Below are positions 1-13,100 of a stretch of DNA of 64,000 bases, piece by piece (positions within the stretch are counted from its first letter, which is position 1; each line of letters starts with the position of its first letter). The DNA lies in NCBI GenBank assembly GCA_976226885.1, contig OZ320315.1, forward strand, positions 56,544,001 through 56,608,000. Reading direction: 5' to 3'. Both the position numbers and the translations under genes were made by a program. This DNA comes from Iphione sp. A-MEVVRFRX5. Taxonomy: Eukaryota. The notes below the pieces were generated by a model. It had not been told where the DNA came from. It did no database searches and saw only the letters and a program-made list of their open reading frames with translations.

Positions 1-280
1 AATACCACACTGATAGTGTTGTGCATTGTAATCCCAACTATCATGCTCAGCAACACTGATCAGGGTGGTAGAGCAAGAGACAGTGAAAGAGAGAGAGAAT
101 GAGTAAGGCCCACTTTCCGTGTGTCTGGAAATGTTTTCTCTACTCCTTGGTCCTCTCCAGAGAGATGCTTTGAATATACATGTATATGAAGAGGAGTGGT
201 GGAGCAGAGACTGAGCAGCGGCTGAATATCGGGGGAGGGTTGATACCCAACACATCCCCTGGGTATGTGTGTGTTTGTTA

Positions 281-394
281 TTTTTCATGCTGATCTCAAG
301 GAAGTCTGTCCAATTCTGTGTAAATTGTAAGTTTTTCATGCTGATCTAGAGAAATTCTGTCCAATTCTGTGTAAAGTGTGAGTTTTTTTCATGT
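281..394. repeat. ~51-bp tandem duplication (about 2.2 copies)
   Basis: The unit ttttcatgctgatct..ctgtccaattctgtgtaaa is repeated head-to-tail. Confidence 0.7.
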
Positions 395-709
395 ACATTA
401 GACAAAGTTTCCTAGCATCTATCATGTGATAGACAGTGTCTATCCAGCTGAAGAGTCCCATCTCTCGATCCTACTCATCTGTGGGTGTCCATGGTGTGGA
501 AAAAAATTAACATTACCCATTCTCCATTCACGGACTTTCTATCCACGGACAGCTCTGGAGCCCGGACACCTGCCTGTACACATTGAAATGACCCTGTTGA
601 ATCTCATAGAATCATTATTTTCCATGTCGTGAACTCTGGAATCTGTTCATGAAACCTGCATACATGGGAAGCGAAAAAGAAAATCACATTCAAATTCAGG
701 GTTACTTCC

Positions 710-1009
710 TAAGGCCTGAAAATACATTGCTGTTTCCAGTAATATACTGAAAAAAATGTAGGGTCAGAAGGTAGGTGTTGTTTTATTCTTTTTTCCATTG
801 CTATTTGATAATGAAAACAACAAATATACACGGCAATATCAGTTCTGGTGTATTATGTGAAAGAAAATGGTCTAAGTGAGTCTGTGAGTCTCTAACATTA
901 TTCATGCCCAGGATATTCACAAACCAAGAAAACAATAAAATGGTACAACTATCCTTAATGTAGGGTCGGTCAGGTTACCGGAAATGCAAATATATTTCAC
1001 GAGGCCTAA
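710..1009. mobile_element. Probable small non-autonomous DNA transposon (MITE) with imperfect terminal inverted repeats
   Basis: Left end taaggcctgaaaatacattgctgtttccagtaa is roughly the reverse complement of the right end ttaccggaaatgcaaatatatttcacgaggcctaa. No coding capacity. Confidence 0.4.
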
Positions 1010-1174
1010 CAATAAATGAACCCACCTTGTCGTATCTCAGAGATGAAATAAAAGGAATGTAATGTTTTAAATACCAAAAAGAAAACTGTAGCTAGATTCT
1101 AAGATGAATAAATTGCAGGGAATACACAATTAAAATGTTTCAAACATAACGTGGTCAGGTCTGCAGCTATATGT

Positions 1175-1530
1175 TTATTTCCACATCAATGCTGGACATC
1201 CATAGAAATAATGTCTCTCAGTGACTAGGTGAACAACTATCTTTCTCCCGATGTGCAGTAACCCTAGGAAGCTGGGTCGGACCCACAACCCTGGATTGTT
1301 GCTGGAAGGTCCAGCACTTTCATGTGAAGGGCTGCCAATTTCATAAGGAAGAATGCCAGACCAAGGTATTTGGCAAGGATTACCACCCCACTCCACATCC
1401 GATGTAGGTCATATACCAACCTAAGCGTTAAATAGTGAAAGACACATTTTTCGTGTATAGATTGCAGGCCCTTAACAAGGATACGGACTTCTAACGGGTT
1501 CGAACAAAGCCCAACCCTGCCCAAAGACAC
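1175..1530 (-). pseudogene. Possible decayed tyrosine-recombinase C-terminus (DIRS/Crypton-like remnant)
   Basis: YDLHRMWSGVVILAKYLGLAFFLMKL loosely resembles the YR motif YxxHSxRxGGATxAxxxGxxxxxIK. The match is weak and degenerate. Confidence 0.25.
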
Positions 1531-4021
1531 AGCAGTTCAGTTCTCCACTGAAGGCAGTTACAGGAAATCTATAATTACTTTTAACAATGTGTCTATAACA
1601 CTGTTTATCCCCCTCTGTGTCGAGCCTATATATCTTAAACTCCTTAAGATCTTAAGTTATACTCGCAACAATACGCTACTTTATATTAAATTATTAGTCT
1701 GATGTACACATAATTTGCATCAATACGCACAATTTCCACAGATATGCTTCAATTTCCACAAATGTTCACACAATCTTCACGGATGTGCTTTTTTCCACAA
1801 AAACCACACAACTTTCACAGATATGCTTCAAATTGACACACACTCTCAAACACACATACACACAGGAGAAGGAGGCCTTCAGGTATGGCACATTTCGAAC
1901 ACATGGAAATTGGGCTTCTGTGTCCATCTGTGCTCTTCCAGAAAATTGGTAAAATCTTCCAGACTCTGTACATGGAAAAAAATCCAGACACATGGAAATC
2001 GGGCTTAACTAAGCACGCTTTCATGAAGTCAACAGGAAATTAAAGAAAATAACTCATGATCTTTACTGGTGGCAGCAAGGTAAATACAACCATTATACCG
2101 CCGAAAGGCTGAGGTACTAAAACCAGCGCAACGAAATTTGCATTTCTGCTCTATTTGAGTGTCAGTTCCGGATGATGCACATGGCCTGGATAAGGCTTTC
2201 AAAGACACATACACAGGTGGGACCTTTTTTGTTAAAACAAACGTGGTAAGTACATCGTTTTACTAGAACTAAAACAATGTTTCTTTTCTTTACATTATTC
2301 AGTTTCCATTTGTCTGATGAGAATAACTTTGGTTCATTATGAACTTTGTACAGCAGAGGTGCATGTATGCATTAAGTAAAGCAACTTTTGCTATTTGCAA
2401 CAGAGTGTCGTGATGTGAATCCAATGTACCTGTACATTATGATCCTTTCAACAGGATGATATTAATCTTCTAAATTTTACTTGAGAGGCCTTGTATTTAT
2501 CATTTTGCTCCTTCGGGTGTCATTCTGTCAAGTGGCACCATGTATTTGACTGCAATATTTACCAACTCATGTCCACAGTAACACGTGGGCAGTGTCTCAC
2601 TGTTCCATGCTATTCACAAACAAAACCTTTCAGTCTTTGAAACATACCATCTGGTTCAACGTATCAAAAGCTAGTTAATATCACTGGGTGACAATGAGGG
2701 CTACATTTTACCTTATTTGATGAACTAGTTGATATTGATGATATTGCTTATCCTCTGCAAGTAAATGCAGGCAAAACCTATGTCACTCAGTATGACAGAC
2801 AGACTTAAATATAGAATGTGCTTTCATCATCTGCGGTGCTTGTGTCGGCTTTATCCAGCTTGGAATAATATCCGTCTACTACTCTGTGCCCCATAGTTAC
2901 AGAGTTGGAAAATGTGAAGGACAGTTGCCTTTAAAAATAATATAAATTAACTCAATAAACGCATCTCTTTTGTGTAGCTTTAGATACTTAAACATGCTTG
3001 ACAGATAGGCATTCTCTATGGAATAACACACATAACATGAGCATGAGCATGCAGAGCGGTGACATGTATAAAAAAATCTCAAAGCACTTCTAATTTCCAA
3101 AAATAATTGATTTATCAACTGAAAGGCAGCGATAGGTTCGCAGTTTCTAACAACTGCATGTGCAAGTACTTCGTTTCAAACAATAACAATGCTGATATGA
3201 ACAAACAATGACTATATCAGACTAATCGTCAGGATAAAGCTATTAATTTTTCACAGATACCTGCATAAAATAGTTCTAGTGACTCAATACATCCACACAT
3301 GACACATCTCTGGAGACTATGCTGTTGGTCCGAATACTATAAATATTCTCTAAGTATCTGTTTGAAAGGTACATAGCGTGTATCATCTTAGAGAGCAGAA
3401 GACATTCCAAAAGTAGTCCCACTCTTTCAAGGTACGTCTCGTTGGCGTGTGAAGGACTTTCTTGTCAGGGCTATTTCCAATTTCCTCTAAAATATGTTCT
3501 ATAAATGCATGACGGATGTCTAGACCATAAAACGTATATCATATACAATGTCCAGTGTGTCTCAGAGGCGGAGTCTATTATTTGTCCATTCAAATGACTC
3601 CAGGCGAAGGTAACTTGTAATTTGTAAAGGTGAGATCTGAAATACCTCTGTTGTTATTTTAATATTACATGTGTATATCAACTTGAAAAGAACCAGTTTT
3701 GTTTGGAAATAATGTATAAATATACAGCTGTATACCATTGGGATTCACTTTGAAGGCATTGCCGCCACTGGCGTGTCACGACACTAAATATTATGTAACA
3801 GTACTGCGGAGGAAACATTAAAGGACTCCACCCTGAGACGTCTACGCCATCACCAAGGCCTGCCTGCTATATATATCTGTTACATGTGACCACGCGCATT
3901 GATTGATTACAAGATCGCAGTCGGCTGTGCCACTCACTACGATTCCCCTGCGCCCTCAGCAGCACAGCTGCTTGGTCTTTTCTATGTCCTTCTAGGCGGT
4001 TCGAGTCACTTGGCAGCAGCG

Positions 4022-4111
4022 ATGGCGCGAGAGCAGCATCGGTTATCCCAGACAGAGGAGCTGTCGGCGGCCAAGACTCCTGTGTCATTTGCCCTTTTAC
4101 CGTCTAGTGAG
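4022..4111 (+). CDS. SLC43A3: SLC43A3-like exon 1 (MAREQHRL...LPSSE)
   Basis: ATG in a CpG-rich context, donor GAG|GTAGGT, phase 0 matches exon 2. No family homology in this exon, so it is less certain. Confidence 0.6.
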
Positions 4112-7100
4112 GTAGGTTATTCTCCTCAAAATATAACAACAACGCTCTCATTTTATAGAAGGTGTGGGACATGGACATCCACAGTTTACCTGTGTCTGTG
4201 TATGCCATTCACCTTGAAATCACTAGGTATCGTCTATTCGGTGTGTGCCTCTCTCTTTGGCACCTTTCGACTTCCTCCCTTCTCACGAACACTCAGTCCG
4301 ATTATATATGCGTATTGTCCACAATGACATCGAGGGTAGAGACACATAGGTTCCACCAAAGAGATAGGAAAAAACCCGTATTTGAATGTACCGTTCGGAA
4401 AAAAAATTGATCGCTGTTCTATGTTACTGTCCTCGACCCTATTCTATCATGTTTACCATGTAAAAGGATGTTATTGAACATCCCTAAGTAGGGAGTCGTG
4501 ACACTTTTTGTCGCAGAGTACTATGAAGATTTCGGCTCGTTTCATGGTGAATCAGCCAGACACTGGACAAACTCTTTGTGTATAAAAGTGAACACATGCA
4601 CGTGCTTTTAAAGGCTCTTGTCTGTAAATCACGTAATTTTACCTTTGCTCTTTTCTTCTCTTCACTGCAACCTGCTTTTTAGGGGTCGTCCACTTATCTT
4701 CGGTCGCTATCTAAATCACGAAGCAATCGATATGTCGATGTGTAAGGCTTATGAAGGACTGTTCTCTATGCTGGAGATCGATATGAATACCCGGTTTATG
4801 AACAGTTTCCTCTATGTAACCGTCAAATGTAGTGGCTAGTTCATTGACACTGGTGTATATAAGTGGGGGTGAGGAGGAGAAGGCTGGGGAGCCACCATCC
4901 TTTATTTGTATGTCTGTTAAAATATATTAAAATATATATAAATATTCACTTACATTTATATACAGATACATATGCTTTACTTGCCGTTTTCTAAGGAGCA
5001 TATATATCTATTCAGACATTTTTCATTCATCGAATAACAACAGCCCTACCCCCAATAATAATATTGTCCGTTTTGTGTAAGTAGGTGAGACGGCCTGATC
5101 CAGTGTACTTGTCCCATCTGCCTTGTGCTGTTTGTTGCAGCCGATTTGATGTCATACTCGGCTGAATAGCTATAAAGTTAATGTTGCTACCAGCCGAGAT
5201 ATTTTTCAATTGTTGGAAGCCCTGGAGAGCCAGTAACTGTTGTAGATGGCATTAGGTAGATGGCTAACTTCCTATAGGCCCCTGTGGAGGCCTGGTGATA
5301 CTGCTGAGGTCTCCTTAGGTCGGTGGTGGTGTATGGGAGGGGGAGTTGTTATTGTGAGTCTATGCTCATTTTTCGAAATGCTAGGCTGATGTTCTGCTCA
5401 TTCCAATACCTATTAATAATAATACGTATTGTCAAATACTCTAAATACATAATACAAAGCTTTTCAGGATTGACAGTTGAAAAGCAAATGTAAATTATGC
5501 AGGGATACTACAGTCAAGCATCAGTCTGTTGTACATCTTCTTCAAGTAAATAATACAATGGATATAACTAGTGCAATACTTTCTTCTTTGTTATAGCTTT
5601 TTGAAAACTTTTAATGTTGTTTCTTGCTTAGCTCTTTCTTCAAGAGCGTTCCACCATATTGTACCATAGTACGTAATGTCTTGCAATGCTACAATTTTGT
5701 CCTGGCTACCTAAAGTCGCATTGTATGTCCTTTCCTTGTTCTACCCTTCGGTTCCTTATCTAGCAAGTTGATCACTTGTGCTCTGTGCACCTGTTTTAAA
5801 ACTTCTAGTTTCAATACATTTTTCAACTCTGGTATTTTATTTTGTGATTGTCCAATCAACTTGTTGCCCAGGCCCTTCCGTACCACTGTTTTCTTGATTC
5901 CCATGGTGTATTGTGATTCCAGTAGTCTTTGTGGCGTTTTGTTTATGTTGCCTATCATGTATGGCTTTTTGTACTGGATTGGTACTACTAAGGCATCAAA
6001 TAACTTTATTCTTACTTGTTGGGGTAATACTATTTTAAGTTTGGGAAGCTTGTAGGATGCAAGCACTATTTTCCGACTTGCATCCTTGAATGGGTCTTTC
6101 CATATTAGCCTGTTCTCTAATGTGTATCCCTGTACCTTTAGTGCATGCCTTTCCATGATTGTTTTCACCTTGAACTATGATTTACTTTGGGGTTGTATAA
6201 CCCGTGCCTATTACCAAGTATCCACTCTTTTGTGCATTTAGGACAAAAGCAGTTTTTCTACACCATGCTAGCATATTTAAAAAGTAGTACCCCATATTAC
6301 GTAATAGTTCGTCTATTGTCGAGCCAAAAGCTACCCATGTAATATCACTGACATGCACAATAATATCATTGACATGTAAAAAATTATGTTTTAGACTAGT
6401 GATAGAGTTGATTGCAAATATTAATGCTCCTGGGCCTAATCATGATCCCTGTGTCACGCCGTATGGTTGTTCTCTAAAATCTGAAAGTGAAGCGTTTACC
6501 TTTTTGCCTTTGTGACTTATCCTCAAAGTGCCGATAGCTCTGTTGTCTACACAGTTGTTCCCCTGAGTGTTAAGTAATACTTTACGATTGAAGACATTAA
6601 ATGCCTTGGTCAGGTCATAGGTCACGATGGGCACTAACTTCCTTGCTTCTAAGCCTTTCACTAAATGGTCATTATAATTTTTGTCACTGCATTTTTGTTG
6701 ACCTATTCTTTACAAAACCGTGCTGGTGCTCACTCAAAAAAGCTATTTCATGCAGTCCTGATTGTAAATTTCTACATAGTGTTTCTCAAATATTTTTCCC
6801 TGGCATTGGTAATATGGTGGTTCCAGTTTTCCCTTATTTCCATAATACATGTACTGTATCCAGTATTCTGTTAAAGAGATTTGTGATCTGTAGTTGTAGC
6901 ACTAAGAGTGCGTCCCGTACAATTTTACAGGGAATCCCCTCTAGGTTCCAGCTCTTGTTTGTTTCTTATCTCATCTACGATAAAATTACCCAGGTCAATC
7001 GTTACCTTGCTGTTTCGTCTCTGAATTGTGGGTGGTGGTTAGTATAACAATAAAAGGGTAGTGGCTCATTGAAGTCCATCCACATCCATTGGCAGGGTGA

Positions 7101-10100
7101 AGCTGAATCTGGGCCACTTAGTCAATTGGGGAGGCTACACAGCATTCAAGTGGATTGGCTGTATCCATAGTTTCGATGCGAGCTGTTTGGTTCTAATTCA
7201 TACAACATGTTCGGACGCGTGAAATACATTTGAGCAATGCGTTTTTTTAGCTATACCTGTCAGCTGCTGACCCACAGATCTAGGTCGGGTAGACTGGTTG
7301 TAAAGATGAACCTGAAAGTTTTTTTGCAATGGAAAGGAGACATACAAGTTAACTTCAAATGCTCATACATCAAGTGACATCTCCGTAATTTGACATTGGC
7401 TTGGGTCTGAAAAAAATTCTGTGTTTCTAGTAATATAGGGAAAAAATTGAGGGTCGATTAGCCGGTGTTTTAAATTTTTTACCTCAGATTCTTCTATGAA
7501 AATGGTAGCCAGTTCTTGTGAAGCCTGGTATGGTTACTTTTCATACTTTGATTTTAATAAAATACATATGAAATGAAAGGTAATGCTATAAGAAACACAT
7601 CTTTATCCAAATCCAAATATTCACAAAAGAAGGAAAAAGTTTCAAGTGGCAATTGGGTCGGTTGGGTTACTGGAAGCACAGAACTTTTTTTATTAGGCCT
7701 TATTTTAAATATGCATATACAGTGAAACCTCTCTACTATGGACAGCAAAGGGACTGGCCAAAATGTATCCATAAAAAGGGGTGTCCCTTATAGCACGGCT
7801 ATTTTAAACATGCTTATATAGATTTGGTTGTTTCCAGCTTGTACATTATGAGGTGTCCGTTATAGAGGGTGTCCTTAGTAGAGGGGTTCCACTTTATGCA
7901 CATGTACATTCAGTGATATCTTAGGAATTTAATGTAAAATTGCTCCATGTGTATACATTGAGTGTCACATCAGGAGTTTAATGTATGTGTGATCCAAATA
8001 AATGTAGGTACACATGTAGTGACACACACATTCTTTCCCTCTCCTCGCCCCATCTCCAACTACCTTCAAGGTATCAGCCCTGGTAGCAGCTAGCAGCCAC
8101 TCCTCCCCCATATCCCCCCATATAAAAAACAACTCTTTCCAAAGGACATAATACTAGAGAATCACATTCCCTTATAAAAATGGATCAAAATATAATATTG
8201 GAAGTTCGAGAAGAGAGATGTCGTATTCCTCCTATGCAAAGTGTTCCAAAAATCCATGACTACAACACAGGCACAACAGTTCTTATTGACAGCCGGTCAC
8301 TGTAGAACGAGAGCATAATGTAACCAGACCTTGTCTTAATGAGACCCGCTAACTTGGCAATCTTTTATCTCACAAAATCATACGCGATGCATATAGATTG
8401 TACATGTAGCTGAAGAGCAATCCTTAGTAACGTCAGAACTGTTCCACGTTTTCAAATATGAGTGCCCACTTTCTATTATAGGTTCACCTATTTAACATAG
8501 CAACGTTACGCAAACGTTTCCATATGGAGTTTTAATTAGCTTTCTCTCAAATAGACTAACGAAAAGCCAGGATAAAACTGACTAGTATTTAAATGCTAAA
8601 GCTGCCTCATTCAAGAAGTGCTAGAGTGGCAAGCACATGCAGACGCTCTAGTTGTACCAAGCACTTTTTATTGTGTATATTTATCATAGGCACCAAATTT
8701 GAATCTGAGGAACTCACAAATGCACTGCATTATTGGTGAATTCGTTAGGTGTCCATGAATAGCCAGAAATTTGGGGGAGGGGGGATATCGCTTTGGTGGA
8801 CAAGCACTGAGGAGCTTGAATATATGAGTACAACTATATTGACTGTCCTGATTGGTTGATATGAAGGTGGACAGCACTTAAGTTGAAGTGGCTTTGAACT
8901 TTGATGATAAAGAAGGTTGTGGAAAAGAAGACATACATTTACAAGCTTGAACTTGAGCTACCATTACTACTTACCTTTACGACCAGGTCTTGGAGGAAGA
9001 AGAGGGTCATAAGGGAAATGTAATGATGTAGAAAATCAGTATAACTTTTTATCCCAATTCTTGAAATTCATCATTAGTCCAACATTTTGTGAATGATTAA
9101 CCCAAACATTAATAAAAGATATTCATGGATGGGCCAGTAAGATGAGTGAAAAAGACAGTTTCAGGCTTGGGGCCTAATATGATTCTCTGCAGAATCATTT
9201 CCTGTATGCTAGTGTTGTCCTTAATTTTTATACTCTTTTCAGCAGAATCCCCCTGCGACACCAGAGGGCTTTTCCAAGCTACATCGAGCCTTTGTGCTGT
9301 TCACCTGCTTCCTGGAATGTGTTCTCTTTGGTGGTGCCCTCTTTGGTTGGGCCTCTTTGGCATTTGTATTGAAACGCGGAGGCGTGTTTGCACACATATG
9401 TGAAGGTCACCTGTCACCTTCCTCATCACCAGCACAGATTTACTTAAACAACACGGATATATCCAGCCCAGTTTCCCTTGATGGCATTAGGAATGAAACG
9501 TATTCGCATGATGGAGACGATGAAAGCGCCCTATTGTCCTGTCCGGAGCAGGATGCCCGCCTCACCCAAGCTTTCACAGTTGGAGTGGCCTTCTTTGGTT
9601 TGATGTCCTTTCCTTTGGGTTGGCTGTTTGACAGGTTCGGGCTCAGAGTTGTACGCACCCTGGCTTGGTAAGTATGCTCATTAATTTATTCATAAAGGCG
9701 GCTTTTGAACAATTATACGACATTCCAAAAGAGGCACCATAATGTATATTCTTTTACTCGTTAGCTTTGAGCATGTAAATTTGTACGTATGCGTGTCTCA
9801 GTGTAAACATCTTGCTATGTTACTCCATCTTTTTTCGCATTTCTTATGGTCTCTTGCTGATTGCAACCATATATTATATATGTGCATATGTATATATAAA
9901 TTTACATCTCTATATGCACGTGTATCGATGCCTTTTTGTCTCCCTTCATCTATTTCTGTGTCTTTTTTGACCTTCCCAATTATCATACAAATACTCTGTA
10001 TGTCTGAAATATGTTTGTCACATTCAGTTGGAGGCAAAAGGACAAATGCTATGCCAAGAGCACATTTTCATGTTTATTTCTGCTCTTTATCCAATAAATA

Positions 10101-13100
10101 AATCTTTATTTACATTAAATGTGTTTAGTTATCTGATACTTCTTATTGCTTGTTTACTTCCGAATTATTTTGTGTATTTCAGAATCCTGGGCAATTGAGC
10201 TTTATTGATTTAACAAATGTTGATTTCAGGTTACTTGCACTTCTGGGCTATCTCTTGATTGCATTTGCCAGGAAAGGAGGCTAGTAATGCTCTTACTTTC
10301 ACGTGTTACATATTGGGTTATACTGCACAAATTATTCATTAAGAATAGTGTCCCTCTCCTTAAGAACAAATTATAGCAAATATCTTTAAGGTAATGTTTT
10401 TCGTTTGATATAAATATGTATATATTTACTGTCAGTTTCCAGATAGTTTCACAAACGAATACGAAATAAAACTAAGTCAATATTATTGTCTATGTTAGCT
10501 TGGATGGTGATAATACAGCGAACTTTCATTGTTCGAAAGAGTGAGAGGCCACACGTTTCAATCATAATCTTTTTGATATTAGCACCAGTAGGTATATAGG
10601 ACAGATATACATCAGAGACATACCGGAGCACTAATACGTATTCACAGGCAGGGTAGAAAGAATGTGTATGAATTTTCTGTAAGATAGAGACAGAAGCTAT
10701 CGAGCTATATCTCTAAGTCCTTGTGTCTACCTTCCCTTAAGCAGCGAATTTTGTTGCATCACAGCCAGTTGGCAGTATATCTTAAACTCCATGCACAGAG
10801 GCCATGCGTGAAACAGATTGACCATGACAGTACTGACAATGTTCAGCATGGCAACGCCTGGCTACCTTGTTGGTCGGGCATAGTAATGTGCCTGAAATAC
10901 CTTGGCATATTGTAACGATCACCTGGATAAGCAAATGTAACCTGATCCGCTGTATATCTAATTATGGCCTCCTTTTCATACTGCGCTCTGTTAGGCTAAC
11001 GATGTCATATAAAAGGTAATGTTTAACAGTTTAGTCAGAAAGAGACGTGAACTCATCCATCCAAGATACGCAAACCGTGTATCGGTTACCTTTGTATATA
11101 ATGTATTATATATTTAAGGAGGCTGGAACCTATTGGTATGGATATTTATTTTTTATCATTCAACAGTAGCAACATGAAAATCTGAACCCCTCCTGTATCA
11201 GCCTGTCAGGGTATTTTTACTAGACAATCTGGTCTTATTGAACAAAAAAAGAATCTAAACTCTGAACAGATGGAGAAAAGCGCTTATGATCCAGTCGTAC
11301 ATCTCTGTTCATAGGCCCCTCATGCTGTAAACCATAGCAGGCTGTCACCAACATATTTATTCATTTAAAAAACGTTCAAAATTAGCATTCATCATCAGGG
11401 CTTTTACCCAACTCGATGTTAGTTTTATTAGGAGAGTCACAAAAGTTCACTTCAGCAACGATAAAACATATACTAATGTACAGATATCGATATTTTTCTG
11501 TTCTTTTAAGCCATTCCATCATGTTGATTGTTGCAACTTTCAGCATTGTCTTGGGCGATTTATCCAGGATGTGCTTGTATTGGAATGACGTGCAACTTGA
11601 TTATTATGACCAACTGCCATGTAAGTGACGCCAGAGTGATTTCAAATGTGACAAGCTATAAAAGTCAAATATAAAATTCAAGGCATGCTTCCATGTATAG
11701 CTATGTGATTTTTTCTACTCATAAATAATCTCCGATTCATATATAATATACAGGTTTAGTGGGCCATATCTATACGTAAAAGAAAACTGAATCATTAGAA
11801 TTAAGAATTATGTATATACCTCGTTTCTTGTTGCAACAAGATATGTCTACTTGCCGGCAGCAGGACTTCAACTTTTGTTACTCTTTACAATGGTGGACTC
11901 AACGTTTCAACAATAGTATACCTTCTTTTAAAGGTAAAGTAATAAGTTCATTTCAACTGTCCGCACCATTAGATTTAAGTTGCCATTACATTTTAAAGCG
12001 GTGTTCACATGTGTCTGTATTTTCTTCATCTTCGTCTCCATTCCCATCGCCTTATACCCACTGTGTAATAATCAAGTAAATCCTTCACTTGTAGACGTAT
12101 CCATATTTCTCTACATCTACGCATCCATAGACATAGATGACAAGCCCATCCAGGATAGATTTTCTACCGTCATGGACACATATCTTATAGGCTCCAATAG
12201 TATAGAGACATCTATCTTGTAATATATGTTAGCAATTAAAATGCACCACAACAGGAGGTATCCTATGTCTCTGGACGAGTAGACGTACTTTTCATCCGGA
12301 AATCATATGTGTACATGTGAAGAGTCCTTAAAATAATAAACATATATATCCAGTCGTAGTGTTAGCACAGCTCCGCAGCACTATCGAACTACTTATACAG
12401 CACCCACATATCCTGTCAACGCCATTTATTTCACAAGAAATGCGATACATGGGAAGATGGGTTCAGAATCTCCGTCTGCATATCAGTTTTTGATATTCCT
12501 TCACTACACAATGGATTTTACAGCTACATGTATACGATTATACTTGTTAATCTGTCAAACACTGTGCCCAAAAGGCCAGGTTTCTGTTTTTTTGCCAATG
12601 AAATATGCCTATCGACAATATGATTGTATCAACAGTTGCTGATCAATTTTAAAACTGCGTACATGTTCCCGGAAAATGAAAATACTAACTGTTTCTTTTA
12701 AAAAGGGCCAGTTTCATTACCTGCGTTGAGGTTTGTTAGGCTGCGTTTTCCTTTTGTGTTCCATAACAGGTGTTTTACATGAATTTCCCCTCACGGATAG
12801 GGGTGCCTATTGAGGGTTGCGTTATGGCTGCATTATGGCTGTGTGATATGGTGTATAAAAACTGGTAAATGTCACTGGAAAAGTATTTTAAAAAACTGGG
12901 CAATTTCATTAGAAAATTATAGAAACTGGTGAATGTCACTAGAAAAGTATAAAAACTGGGATATTTCACTGCAGAAAAGTATAAAAACTGAGGAATGTGA
13001 TAGGAAAAAGTATAAATACTGGTAAATGTCACAGAAAAAAGGATGAAAATTGAGCAGAATTGTGTAGACATGTGTGGCAATGTGCCATAATCATTTTTCA

